From contig CAXBMO010000008.1 of the NCBI GenBank assembly GCA_963977015.1, forward strand, positions 32,001 through 96,000: a stretch of 64,000 bases of DNA. The letters run 5' to 3'. The position numbers and the translations under genes were made by a program. The notes under the pieces were generated by a model. It was not told where the DNA came from. It was given only the letters and a program-made list of their open reading frames with translations, and made no database searches. The stretch is from an uncultured bacterium (GTDB taxonomy: Bacteria; Verrucomicrobiota; Verrucomicrobiia; Verrucomicrobiales; DEV007). Positions within the stretch are counted from its first letter, which is position 1. Each line of letters begins with the position of its first letter. Below, in pieces: positions 47,824 through 56,847 of the stretch.

Positions 47824-48351
47824 TTAGTTCTTCTTCTCATCGTGATCATGACCATCGCCTTCGTGATGGTGATCGCAGGTGCAGGCATATTCCTTGTAGT
47901 CGCAGGTGGGGCAGTCGCTGAGGTTCAGGTTGAATTTCTCCAGAACCGGTTTGCCTTTGCCCGACTTGATTTGGACGACGACGGGAAAGTCGTTTCCAGC
48001 GGGAAACGCCCCATCGGAAACCAGGATCGTCCCTTCTTTGGCGAAGGATAAACGCGTCGGGTTTTTGCGGTCTCCTCCCGTTACGCGAACGGATTGATCG
48101 CCAATCGCAGCGGGTTTGTTGTGATCGTCGAGCGCCGTGATTTTGACTTTGCGATCTTCGGTGACGAAAAACTCCAAGTGAGGTTCGACGCTGGTGAAAA
48201 CACGACCGCCGTTGGGGCCGGCAATTTTCTCGTCATGTTCGTGATCGTGATCGTGGTCATGCCCTTTGTGGTCGTCGTCAGCAGCAAATGCGCTGACACT
48301 GTAGACGGTGGCAAGGCCAATGGCGGTGAGGGTATTGAGGATGGTTTTCAT
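47824..48351 (-). CDS. Secreted His-rich putative metal-binding protein
   Basis: Signal peptide, HKGHDHDHDHEH, GPNGG, CPTC....YACTCDHHH. Confidence 0.75.
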   Translation of the reverse strand: MKTILNTLTAIGLATVYSVSAFAADDDHKGHDHDHDHEHDEKIAGPNGGRVFTSVEPHLEFFVTEDRKVKITALDDHNKPAAIGDQSVRVTGGDRKNPTRLSFAKEGTILVSDGAFPAGNDFPVVVQIKSGKGKPVLEKFNLNLSDCPTCDYKEYACTCDHHHEGDGHDHDEKKN

Positions 48352-48389
48352 GAATTAATTTGGAGTTGGTTGGAGTTGAGTTTTGGGTT

Positions 48390-51300
48390 TTAGCCGCAAG
48401 CTGCCGCTCGAACTCGGATCGACTTTTCTGCGGGCTTGCGACAAAAGGTGTAGAAGATGGCGGGCGTGACTCCGAGCCCAAGAAACGTGGAGCTGACGAG
48501 TCCGCCGACAATGACGATGGCCACGGGATTGAGGATTTCCTTGCCTGGCTCATTGGCCGCAAGCACAAGGGGCAGAAGTGCAATTCCCGCAGAAATTGCG
48601 GTCATCAGGACGGGCACGAGCCGTTCCTCGGTTCCGCGAATCACCATCTTGAGGTCGAATTGTTCGCCCTCGTGCGCCATGAGATGGAGATAGTGCGAAA
48701 TCATCATGATCGAGTTTCGCGCGGCGATGCCTGAAATGGCGATAAAGCCGACCAGCGTTGCGATGCTGATATTATCCAGCGTCATGCGGGTAAAGAGAAT
48801 GCCGCCGATGACGGAGATGGGAATATTGCTCAACACCAGCAGCACGAAGCTGAAGCACTGGAAATAGCTGAATAAGAGAAACACAATGACGAGCAGAATA
48901 ATCGCCGACATGATGAAGATGGTGCGTCGTGCTTCCTGTTGCGCCTGATATTCCCCTTCAAAGGCGATCGCATAGCCTTCCGGCAATTGGACCTTCTCCG
49001 CGACCTGGCTTTGAAGTTCTTCGACCACCGCGTTCAAATCAGTGGTCGTCGGGTTGATGGACACCACAAAGCGGCGTTGTGTATTTTCCCGGAGAATGGT
49101 GTTGGGACCGCTCGCCTGACGGATTTCAGCAACGTAGCTCAACGGGATTCGTTGGCCGTCCTGCGTATCAATATAGAAGTTACGCAGCTTTTCGGGATTT
49201 TCCCGCCACTCAGCCGGAAGCCGCACGACGAGATCGTAAACGCGTTGGCTTTCATAGATCTCGGCGACATAGCCTCCTCCGATAAGATCGGCCAACTCCT
49301 CGTTCAATTCTCCAGGCGTCACGCCATAAGCGGCCGCCCGGTCGCGGTCGATCTCGATTCGAAGTTGTGGGACGGAAGCCTGTTGCTCCGTGCGGGCCTC
49401 TTCCATGCCGGGGATCTCCCGAGCAATGCCGGCAACCTGGGTGCCGAGACGCCGCAACTCCTCCAAATCCGGCCCGTAAATCTTGACCGCGACCTTGGCC
49501 GAAACGCCACTGAGCATGTGGCCGATGCGGTCGGCCAGAGGCGTGCTCATCGCGCTGAAGGTGCCAGGAATTCCGCGCATGGTTTCGCGAACGTTCTTCA
49601 TCACTTCTTCGCGGTGTTCCTCACCGTATTCGTCAAACTCAAGATCCAACTCCACCGTGGAAACCGGCACGACGTGGTCGCCCCGCTCGGCCCGGCCTAC
49701 GCGGTAGCCGACGACGTCAATCCCTTTCACTCCCAAGAGGCGGTCCTGCGCGGTTCGGGAGATTTCGACCGTCGTTTTGAGCGAAGTTCCCGGCGCCATC
49801 GTCGTCGCGATCAGCATGGTGGGTTCGCGAAAGGGTGGGAGGAAGTTGCCGCCCATCTTGGTGTAGATCAGCCCGGAAAACACCAGCAGCCCTACCGTAA
49901 TTGCCAGGAGCAGAAGTGGTTGGCCGAGGGCAAACTTCAGCCACGTGGCGCTGAAGACCTTCTTCAGTTGTTTGACGATCCAAACGTCACCGTGCTCCTT
50001 GCCCGCCTTTGGGTTGAGCAGATAGGAACTCAGCACCGGAATCACGGTGAGCGAGACCACGAACGAGGCGGCCATGCTGATCATGGTGGCAACCGCAATG
50101 GGAGTGAAAAGCCGGCCCTCCACCCCGCTCAGCGCGATAAGTGGAAGGAAAACCAGAATGATGAGAATCGTGGCGTAGAGGATCGAGGAACGCACCTCGG
50201 CCGAGGCAAGCGCGATGACCTCCAGCTTGGGCTTTGGTTCGTCCAGCGCGGCGTTTTCCCGCAAGCGGCGGTAGACGTTTTCCACGTCCACAATCGCGTC
50301 ATCGACGACCATGCCGATGGCCACGGCCAAGCCACCCAGCGTCATCGAATTGACCGTCATGTTCATGAAATCGAATACCAGGATGGTAATGCCGAGCGAG
50401 AGCGGAATCGCCGTCAGCGTGATGAGGGTGACCCTGACATTGAACAAAAAGAGAAACAGAACGATGGATACCATGATCGCCCCGTCGCGCAGCGCCTCTT
50501 CCAGATTCCCGATCGAAAGCTCGATGAAGTCGCGCTGCCGGTAGGTGGTGAGCAACTCGGAGCCCTCCGGAAGCGTCTCCTGCAACTCGTCGATCGCTTC
50601 CTCGACCAGTTTGCTCAACTCGATCGTGTCGAAGCCGGGAGACTTGCGCACGCTCATGATGATGCCGGAATTTCCGCGGTATCCGTCCGGGCCGGGTTCG
50701 TCGCCCTTGCGCCCAATGCCGGCATCGCCTCGCATCGGCTCGACATCCCAAACCACCTCGGCCACATCCGAGAGTCGAATTGCCCGGTCGTCTTCGTATT
50801 TCACCACCGTTTTGGCGATCTCATCCACGTCGGTTGTCATCGCCAGGTTGCGCACCATGATTTCCTGGTCGCGCTCCGTGAGGAAGCCACCAGTGGTGTT
50901 TTTGACGGAGCGCTCCGCCGCCGTGCGAATCTCCTCAAACGAAACGCCCAACGCGAGCATCTTGTTGGGGTTGGGCTGAACCTGGAGTTGCTTCACGCCG
51001 CCTCCCATCGAAAGCACTTCCGCGATGCCGGGAATCGACTGGAAACGTCGCGCAATGACCCAATCCGCCAACACGCGCAAGTCGCGGTCGCTCGTCATTC
51101 CGGTGGGATCACGGAGGCCGACGAGCATGATGTCACCCATCAACGACGTTACCGGCGTCATGTAAGGCGTAATGCCGGGCGGTAAAAAATCGTCCGCGCC
51201 GGACATGCGTTCCTGAACGAATTGGCGCGCGCGGTAGATGTCCGTCCCCCATTCAAACTCGACGAAAATGAGTGAGAGCGAGATGTCGTTCACGGTGCGC

Positions 51301-51545
51301 AAACGCGTGACGCCGCTGACGCCCATGAGGGCGGATTCCATCGGAACCGTGATCAACGTCTCCACTTCCTCCGGAGCATATCCGGGAGCCTCAACCAGAA
51401 TGGTGACGGTCGGTTTGGTGAGATCCGGTAACACCTCGACCGGGAGTTCGAGCGTCTTCTTTACGCCCAGAACCAGGAGAACCGCCGCCGCCGCGAGAAT
51501 AAGGGTGCGCTGCGCGAGGCTGAATCGAATGAGTGCGTTCAGCAT
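48390..51545 (-). CDS. Heavy-metal efflux RND permease (CusA/CzcA/CnrA family)
   Basis: MTLGGLAVAIGMVVDDAIVDVEN, GRAE, ERLVPVLMTA; 1051 aa. Confidence 0.95.
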   Translation of the reverse strand: MLNALIRFSLAQRTLILAAAAVLLVLGVKKTLELPVEVLPDLTKPTVTILVEAPGYAPEEVETLITVPMESALMGVSGVTRLRTVNDISLSLIFVEFEWGTDIYRARQFVQERMSGADDFLPPGITPYMTPVTSLMGDIMLVGLRDPTGMTSDRDLRVLADWVIARRFQSIPGIAEVLSMGGGVKQLQVQPNPNKMLALGVSFEEIRTAAERSVKNTTGGFLTERDQEIMVRNLAMTTDVDEIAKTVVKYEDDRAIRLSDVAEVVWDVEPMRGDAGIGRKGDEPGPDGYRGNSGIIMSVRKSPGFDTIELSKLVEEAIDELQETLPEGSELLTTYRQRDFIELSIGNLEEALRDGAIMVSIVLFLFLFNVRVTLITLTAIPLSLGITILVFDFMNMTVNSMTLGGLAVAIGMVVDDAIVDVENVYRRLRENAALDEPKPKLEVIALASAEVRSSILYATILIILVFLPLIALSGVEGRLFTPIAVATMISMAASFVVSLTVIPVLSSYLLNPKAGKEHGDVWIVKQLKKVFSATWLKFALGQPLLLLAITVGLLVFSGLIYTKMGGNFLPPFREPTMLIATTMAPGTSLKTTVEISRTAQDRLLGVKGIDVVGYRVGRAERGDHVVPVSTVELDLEFDEYGEEHREEVMKNVRETMRGIPGTFSAMSTPLADRIGHMLSGVSAKVAVKIYGPDLEELRRLGTQVAGIAREIPGMEEARTEQQASVPQLRIEIDRDRAAAYGVTPGELNEELADLIGGGYVAEIYESQRVYDLVVRLPAEWRENPEKLRNFYIDTQDGQRIPLSYVAEIRQASGPNTILRENTQRRFVVSINPTTTDLNAVVEELQSQVAEKVQLPEGYAIAFEGEYQAQQEARRTIFIMSAIILLVIVFLLFSYFQCFSFVLLVLSNIPISVIGGILFTRMTLDNISIATLVGFIAISGIAARNSIMMISHYLHLMAHEGEQFDLKMVIRGTEERLVPVLMTAISAGIALLPLVLAANEPGKEILNPVAIVIVGGLVSSTFLGLGVTPAIFYTFCRKPAEKSIRVRAAACG

Positions 51546-51551
51546 AACGGG

Positions 51552-52707
51552 TTAGGCGGTGGCGGGTTGCTTTTTGCGATTGCGCAGAAGGGTTTGCCCG
51601 CAAACCAACAACAACGCGGTAGCGATCGCGGCCCAAATACGGATGATCCAATCGAGCGTCCCCGGTTCGCCTGCCCCATGGCCATGGTCGTGATCCTCTT
51701 CGGTGTTTGCTTGTTGCTCCTCCGTCATTTCAGAGCCGTCCTCGTTGTGTTCGTGGCCGTGCGCCGCGTCCAACGCTTCCTTGAGGGACATGCCACTGCC
51801 GCTGCCGGCAAAACTGAGCGCATAGGATCCCTGCGTCACAACTTCATCGCCAGGAAACAAGCCGTTGATGACTTCATAGTAGCGATCGTTGCGCTCACCC
51901 AATGCCACCGGCGCCTTGATGAAGGCATTGGGCAGTTCGAAATCCTTCACAAACACGACTCGCTTGGTGGGGTCTCCCTGCACCGCCTCCCGCGGCACCG
52001 CCATGACCCAATCACGTGTTTTGGTGATGATGTTGAATTCGGCGCGCATTCCGGGCTGAAGTTTCAGGTCAGGATTAGGGACTTCAAAAATCCCTTCCAC
52101 CGTTCCGGTCTTGGCATCGGCCGCGGTTCCGTATCGCGTCAACGTGGCCTCGATCGAGTCGTTCCCCAACGCGGGAATTCTGATGCGTGCCTTGGCTCCG
52201 ATCTTGGTCGCCGCGGTCTCCTGCTCTGGAATCCGCGCCACCGCCCACATGCTGCTGCGGTCGGAAATGTCGAGCAACTCTTCAGCCGGTTCAACGGGCT
52301 GGCCAATGCGTACGTGTGAGGCGATCACCATGCCGTCCATCGGCGCTTTCAGTCCCACGGAAGGAGGCGGGTTGCCGGATTTCCACCTCGGCGACAACCT
52401 GGCCTTTCTTCACAAAGTCGCCCTCAAACACTTCGATGCTCTTGATGCTGCCGGGAATGCGCGAAGAAAGCGCGGAACGCTTCGCCGGGATTTCCTGAAT
52501 TCGACCGATGGCAAAGACCGTCGTCTTAAAGTCGGTTTCTTCGACCTCTTCGGTTTTGATCCGCAGGTTGGCGACGCCAATCTCGTCCAGGATGATGGTG
52601 TTGGCGGCGCGTTCGGGGTCGATTGGGCCTTCTCCCTCCTCACTTTCCGCCGCAGCGATCAAGGGGATTAAACAGGAGAAGGAAAGAAGGAAGGTTCGGA
52701 ATACCAT
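51552..52707 (-). pseudogene. RND membrane fusion (adaptor) protein, frameshifted near 52371-52378
   Basis: The N-terminal half (ATG 52707, ...EGDFVKKGQVVAEVE) and C-terminal half (GNPPPSVGLKAPMDG...PGM...) are in different frames. Confidence 0.8.
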
Positions 52708-52864
52708 GGTTGGATCAGTAAGGGGGGATGGGAGGAATGTTCCAGATCTCGAGCAATTCAAGCGGAGACGGCGTCGATGTGGCGAGGAGATTTGGCGGTT
52801 ACACCGCCTTCGGCGAGGCCGCACGCTTTCTCGGACGCATTCATTTTTATGGGCAAAAGGTTCA

Positions 52865-54199
52865 CTAAAACGGCTCCAAAGCAGCGGCTTTGTGGAGTTT
52901 GGCCAAGGCCAGATGATAATCGCGCAGGGCTTCGATGGCATTTTCTTCAAGAGCCAGGGAACGTTCCTGAGCCCGCTGCAGGCGGAGGAAGTTCTCCTTG
53001 CCAAGTCTCCATGCTTCGCGGACTTCACGGATGTTGCGTCGGGCCAGCTCCAGCGTTTGGCCGCTGGCTTGGGTCCAGGTTAAGCGGCGTCGCTCCAGTT
53101 CTTCATTCGTTGTCGCGATCTCGTTTCGAATCTCGGCACTGGTTGCTTCGGTGGAAGCCTGGGCGGCTGCCAATTCCTGCCGGGGGGCGTCGGTCAACCG
53201 GGCTTCGGGAGTCCGCAAGGGCAGCGGCAGGGAAAATCCGACACCGGCAAAGGTGTTGCGTTCCAAGCCTTCGGGAGCGTCTTCCGCCGTCTCGCGCTCG
53301 AGGAAGAGCCGCACGGCAACGTCCTGCCAACGGCGCGAACGAGCCAACTCGATCGCAGCTTCGGCCCGGCTTTGTTGCATCAGGCTCAATTGCAAATCCG
53401 GTCGACGCGCGAGAACTTCCGCGCTCGGGGAAATTCGGAAGGGGATGGGATCCGCCAACTCTCCGGCGATGCGGACGTGGGAATCCGGCGTTCTGCCCAA
53501 CAGCCCGCGCAGCCTCCCATTGATTACCGCCAGTTCCGCCTCATGCTGCCGGACGACCCGAGTTTGGGCCTCCACTTCAAGCGTGGCTTCGGTCAGATCG
53601 ATCTGTGAAGCCTCCGCAACTTGAAAGGAATTCCCGATTTGCTCGGCCAATTCCGCCAACACCCCACGCAAGGCCCGGTGAAGCCGAACCTGCCGTTCCA
53701 GCGCCAACGCATCCACGGCGGTGAGTCGCACCTCGCCCGCCAGATTCCACTCCGCGATTCGCACCTCAGCCTTGGCCAAAGCCAAATCGACTTCGGAGAG
53801 ATCACGCGCACGCTGAAGTCGATCCGTTAGCGGGAACTTCTGAGAGAAGGCAACTTCGACCACGCTTTCATTGTTGTTGAGCCCCCATTGATCGGTGTTG
53901 GCTCCCAGCTCAAATTCGGGATCGTCCAGTTTTCCGGACCATTTCAGCTTGGCCTGGGCAACTGCGATTTGACGGCGCGCGGCCCGCAATTGCGGATTGT
54001 TGGCAATGGCAAATGCGATCGCCTGCTCCGTTGTGAAGCTGACCTGGTCACTCTTGGGAATGGTCGCCGCCTCGGCCGGGACAGGACCGGAGGGCGGAGG
54101 ATTGGCGCAACCCGCCACCATAGTCGCCATGAGGATTGTGACGCAAAGGCAAACGGGTGAACTTGGGGATGGACGCGGATTGGGATTGGGATGAAACAT
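52865..54199 (-). CDS. TolC/CzcC family outer membrane efflux lipoprotein
   Basis: Lipobox VAGC; A.ANNPQL.AAR, RRPDL, GVGFSLPLP. Confidence 0.85.
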   Translation of the reverse strand: MFHPNPNPRPSPSSPVCLCVTILMATMVAGCANPPPSGPVPAEAATIPKSDQVSFTTEQAIAFAIANNPQLRAARRQIAVAQAKLKWSGKLDDPEFELGANTDQWGLNNNESVVEVAFSQKFPLTDRLQRARDLSEVDLALAKAEVRIAEWNLAGEVRLTAVDALALERQVRLHRALRGVLAELAEQIGNSFQVAEASQIDLTEATLEVEAQTRVVRQHEAELAVINGRLRGLLGRTPDSHVRIAGELADPIPFRISPSAEVLARRPDLQLSLMQQSRAEAAIELARSRRWQDVAVRLFLERETAEDAPEGLERNTFAGVGFSLPLPLRTPEARLTDAPRQELAAAQASTEATSAEIRNEIATTNEELERRRLTWTQASGQTLELARRNIREVREAWRLGKENFLRLQRAQERSLALEENAIEALRDYHLALAKLHKAAALEPF

Positions 54200-54375
54200 C
54201 AGCGCGATGGCCGGGAAACGAGGCTGTCGGACGATTCAACGTCGCAACTCGGGACACCCCACACTTTTGCCAATCTTTTTTCGAGCCTCGGTCTGATGGC
54301 GCGTTCTTTGACAAAATCCGGAAAACGAAGTGGGGTAGCCCCATTATCGGCGTTTAAGTCTGCAAACACACTCCC

Positions 54376-54708
54376 ATGCCAATGGACATGAAACGAATTG
54401 ACGATCTGTTGGATGAACTGGCCTCATCCAAAATTCCTGACGCTCCTCCAGCTCATGCGGTCCTACGCAAGGTTCGCAACCTGCTAGCTTCCGGAGCGAA
54501 ACCGGAATACGCCCTTCCTTGGTTGAGTATGCCTCAGCTTGCTGTGGGGCTGGCGTGTTTGGCGCTGATTCTGGGATGGGCCAGCGCACTCCTCTCGACT
54601 TCGTCCAGCCGTACCGACACCTTGGCGGAACTGCGGGACTCATTGGGCTTGGAGGCGTTTGACGCAGATTATTCCCCGCTACCTCACCGCATCCTGCTCC
54701 ACCCATGA
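54376..54708 (+). CDS. Small single-TM protein, putative CnrY-like anti-sigma
   Basis: One TM; translationally coupled to the metal sensor gene; position matches cnrY. Confidence 0.5.
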   Translation: MPMDMKRIDDLLDELASSKIPDAPPAHAVLRKVRNLLASGAKPEYALPWLSMPQLAVGLACLALILGWASALLSTSSSRTDTLAELRDSLGLEAFDADYSPLPHRILLHP

Positions 54709-55169
54709 ATTTGACTTGGAAGAACGGACTGCTGCTTTTTCTCGGCGTCGTGATCGCGTCGGCAATCGGCCACTTCATTGCCACCCCGTTTATCAATAAA
54801 CGATCCAGCCAAGCTCCTCCTTCTCAGCTTCACGCCCATGCCCATGAGGTCTTGCAGCGGGACCTCAAATTGAGTGCCGAGCAAGTTCAAACTCTGGAGG
54901 AGATCGAGATCCGTTTTTTGAAGCGCGAATCCAAACTCAAAGCGGCCAATGCCGCCGCCGTTGCCCGGCTTGCGGATGCTTTGGAACGCGACCGGGCTTA
55001 TTCCGCCGATGTGGACGCCACCATCGCCGAGATCCATGAAACCCAGGGAGAGATTCAAAAGGCAACCATCGAGCATCTCCTGGAAATGAAATCCGTTCTG
55101 ACCACCGAGCAACACGACAAGCTCCTAAGCTTGGTCGCCAAAGCTCTCCGTCACCGAACGGAAGACTGA
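54705..55169 (+). CDS. Periplasmic heavy-metal sensor (CnrX/Spy-CpxP-like)
   Basis: TM anchor, HAHAH, L.LS.EQ, EHLLEMK.VLT.EQ. Confidence 0.8.
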   Translation: MNLTWKNGLLLFLGVVIASAIGHFIATPFINKRSSQAPPSQLHAHAHEVLQRDLKLSAEQVQTLEEIEIRFLKRESKLKAANAAAVARLADALERDRAYSADVDATIAEIHETQGEIQKATIEHLLEMKSVLTTEQHDKLLSLVAKALRHRTED

Positions 55170-55201
55170 CTGGCAGGAAAGAGAACGGCGCGGCCGCGGC
55201 T

Positions 55202-55780
55202 ATGTCCGAAAACGAAGAGGACATTTCGCTTATTGAGCGATTCAAACAAGGCGATGAAGCCGCGCTGGAAGCGTTGATCTCCCGCCATCACGAAGGCTTG
55301 TTTCGTTTTATCTATTGGCATCTCCAGGATGAGCACGAAGCCTCCGACGTTCTCTCCCAAACCTTCTTCAAGGCGTATCATAAGCGCGATCGCTATCGCC
55401 CCAAACCGGGAGTTCAGTTTCAGACCTGGCTCTATACCATCGCCACCAACCTGTGCCGCGACCACCTCCGCAAACGCAGGCGGCGCCCCGGAGATTTCGC
55501 TGCCGTTTCAGGGGAACCCGGACCTCTGGAAGGGAGCGCCGGCACCTCTGCGGAAGCTGGCCCCGACGAGCTGGCCGCCCAGGCGGAGGACATCGCAATG
55601 CTCCGCCAGGTCATCGCATCATTGCCATCGTCACTCCGGGATGCGCTGGTTCTTTCGGTCCTCGAAGGCCGGACGCAGAAAGAAACGGCCGAACTCCTCG
55701 GTTGTACGGTTCGCGCAGTGGAAGCGCGGATTCGGCGGGCCAAGGAGTTGATTCGCCTTGAGATGTCGAAGGCTGAATGA
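55202..55780 (+). CDS. ECF sigma factor (CnrH-like position)
   Basis: GDEAALEAL, F.TWLYTIATNLCRD, ETAELLG...AVE.RI.RA. Confidence 0.85.
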   Translation: MSENEEDISLIERFKQGDEAALEALISRHHEGLFRFIYWHLQDEHEASDVLSQTFFKAYHKRDRYRPKPGVQFQTWLYTIATNLCRDHLRKRRRRPGDFAAVSGEPGPLEGSAGTSAEAGPDELAAQAEDIAMLRQVIASLPSSLRDALVLSVLEGRTQKETAELLGCTVRAVEARIRRAKELIRLEMSKAE

Positions 55781-55963
55781 AGTTCGTGTTCTGGTAAGGC
55801 ATTGCTACTCCACGTGTGTGCCGATCAATCGGCGGGACGCTCGTGCCGGAATTGATTTCGCCGACAGTCTCCTTCCGCCTCAACGCACGCCGCTTTTCAC
55901 AAACTAACAAGCTGCTACAAAGCGGTTGAGTGCTTCAAGAGCAGCCATATTCTCTTAGCTAAA

Positions 55964-56596
55964 ATGGAGATTCCCACTTTCATCACCCATTACTTCGAGA
56001 GTGACCGTGGACCATTTCTCAACCTTTGCGATCTTCCAGATGATGAACTCCGACGCCTTGTTGCGGATGAGGCCGACTCAGAGACTGCGTTCAATCGTTT
56101 TGCGCTTGGTCCCGACTTCCTGGAATGGCGGCTTGCTGCAGACGATCTGTTGATTGGAGCGTATCACGACAAGTTCGGATTCCTTCCAATCGGCAGACCT
56201 TATTTCGCGGTGCTAGGTGAATTCGACAAGATGATGACCATGTTTCGTCAAGGTGACCGCACGGTCCTGAATCTCGCTGATTTCGAGGAACACGAAGTCA
56301 CGTTCATGTATCCAGACCATTCTCATCTGACGTCGTTCCATTGTGCCGACGTGCCCCATCTTTTCTACCAGCTGAAGGATACTCCGGAGAATCACGGATT
56401 TAGGGGGCAGCTGTTTACTCTCTCTGAGCTTGCTTCCCGGATGATCGATTCAGGCATCGCTGATTCGATCAACTCACACCTTGACCGGGATGGTTGGGCA
56501 GGTTGCTACGTCGAAGCGCAGATCTGGTGCCGAGATCATCGCACAAAACAAGACGGGAAAGCCGGGGATACAACCGGCGTTAACCTCATTCCGTGA
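55964..56596 (+). CDS. Hypothetical protein
   Basis: 210-aa ORF with ITHYF, GPFLNL, TFMYPD, YVEAQIW motifs. Confidence 0.6.
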   Translation: MEIPTFITHYFESDRGPFLNLCDLPDDELRRLVADEADSETAFNRFALGPDFLEWRLAADDLLIGAYHDKFGFLPIGRPYFAVLGEFDKMMTMFRQGDRTVLNLADFEEHEVTFMYPDHSHLTSFHCADVPHLFYQLKDTPENHGFRGQLFTLSELASRMIDSGIADSINSHLDRDGWAGCYVEAQIWCRDHRTKQDGKAGDTTGVNLIP

Positions 56597-56847
56597 ATTC
56601 TAGCTCGCCACCGCCGGTGTATCCACTGGGGCGTTGAGATGGCTGTCTGGTTGTGAAACCGGACACGTCTTTTCTTCCTGACCGGGTCGGAAACCAGAGC
56701 GGCATCCTTGATCGGATCCGTGGGTTGGGCCTTGGAGCGCAAAAGAAATCGGCAATTGCCGAATCGTCGATGTTCGGCTTAGGTTTGCGCGATTGATCGT
56801 CCCTGCGACCACCGCTCGTAGGGGATCCGAAGACTCAAGCCCCTGAT

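Noticed and set aside
48939-51185. 748-aa ORF on the + strand
   Set aside because: Antisense shadow of the RND permease; no recognisable motifs, and expected in GC-rich coding DNA.
55900-55963. attC-like site (CTAAC...TTAGC) before the hypothetical gene
   Set aside because: Core sites do not fit RYYYAAC/GTTRRRY, pairing is poor, and there is no integron integrase.
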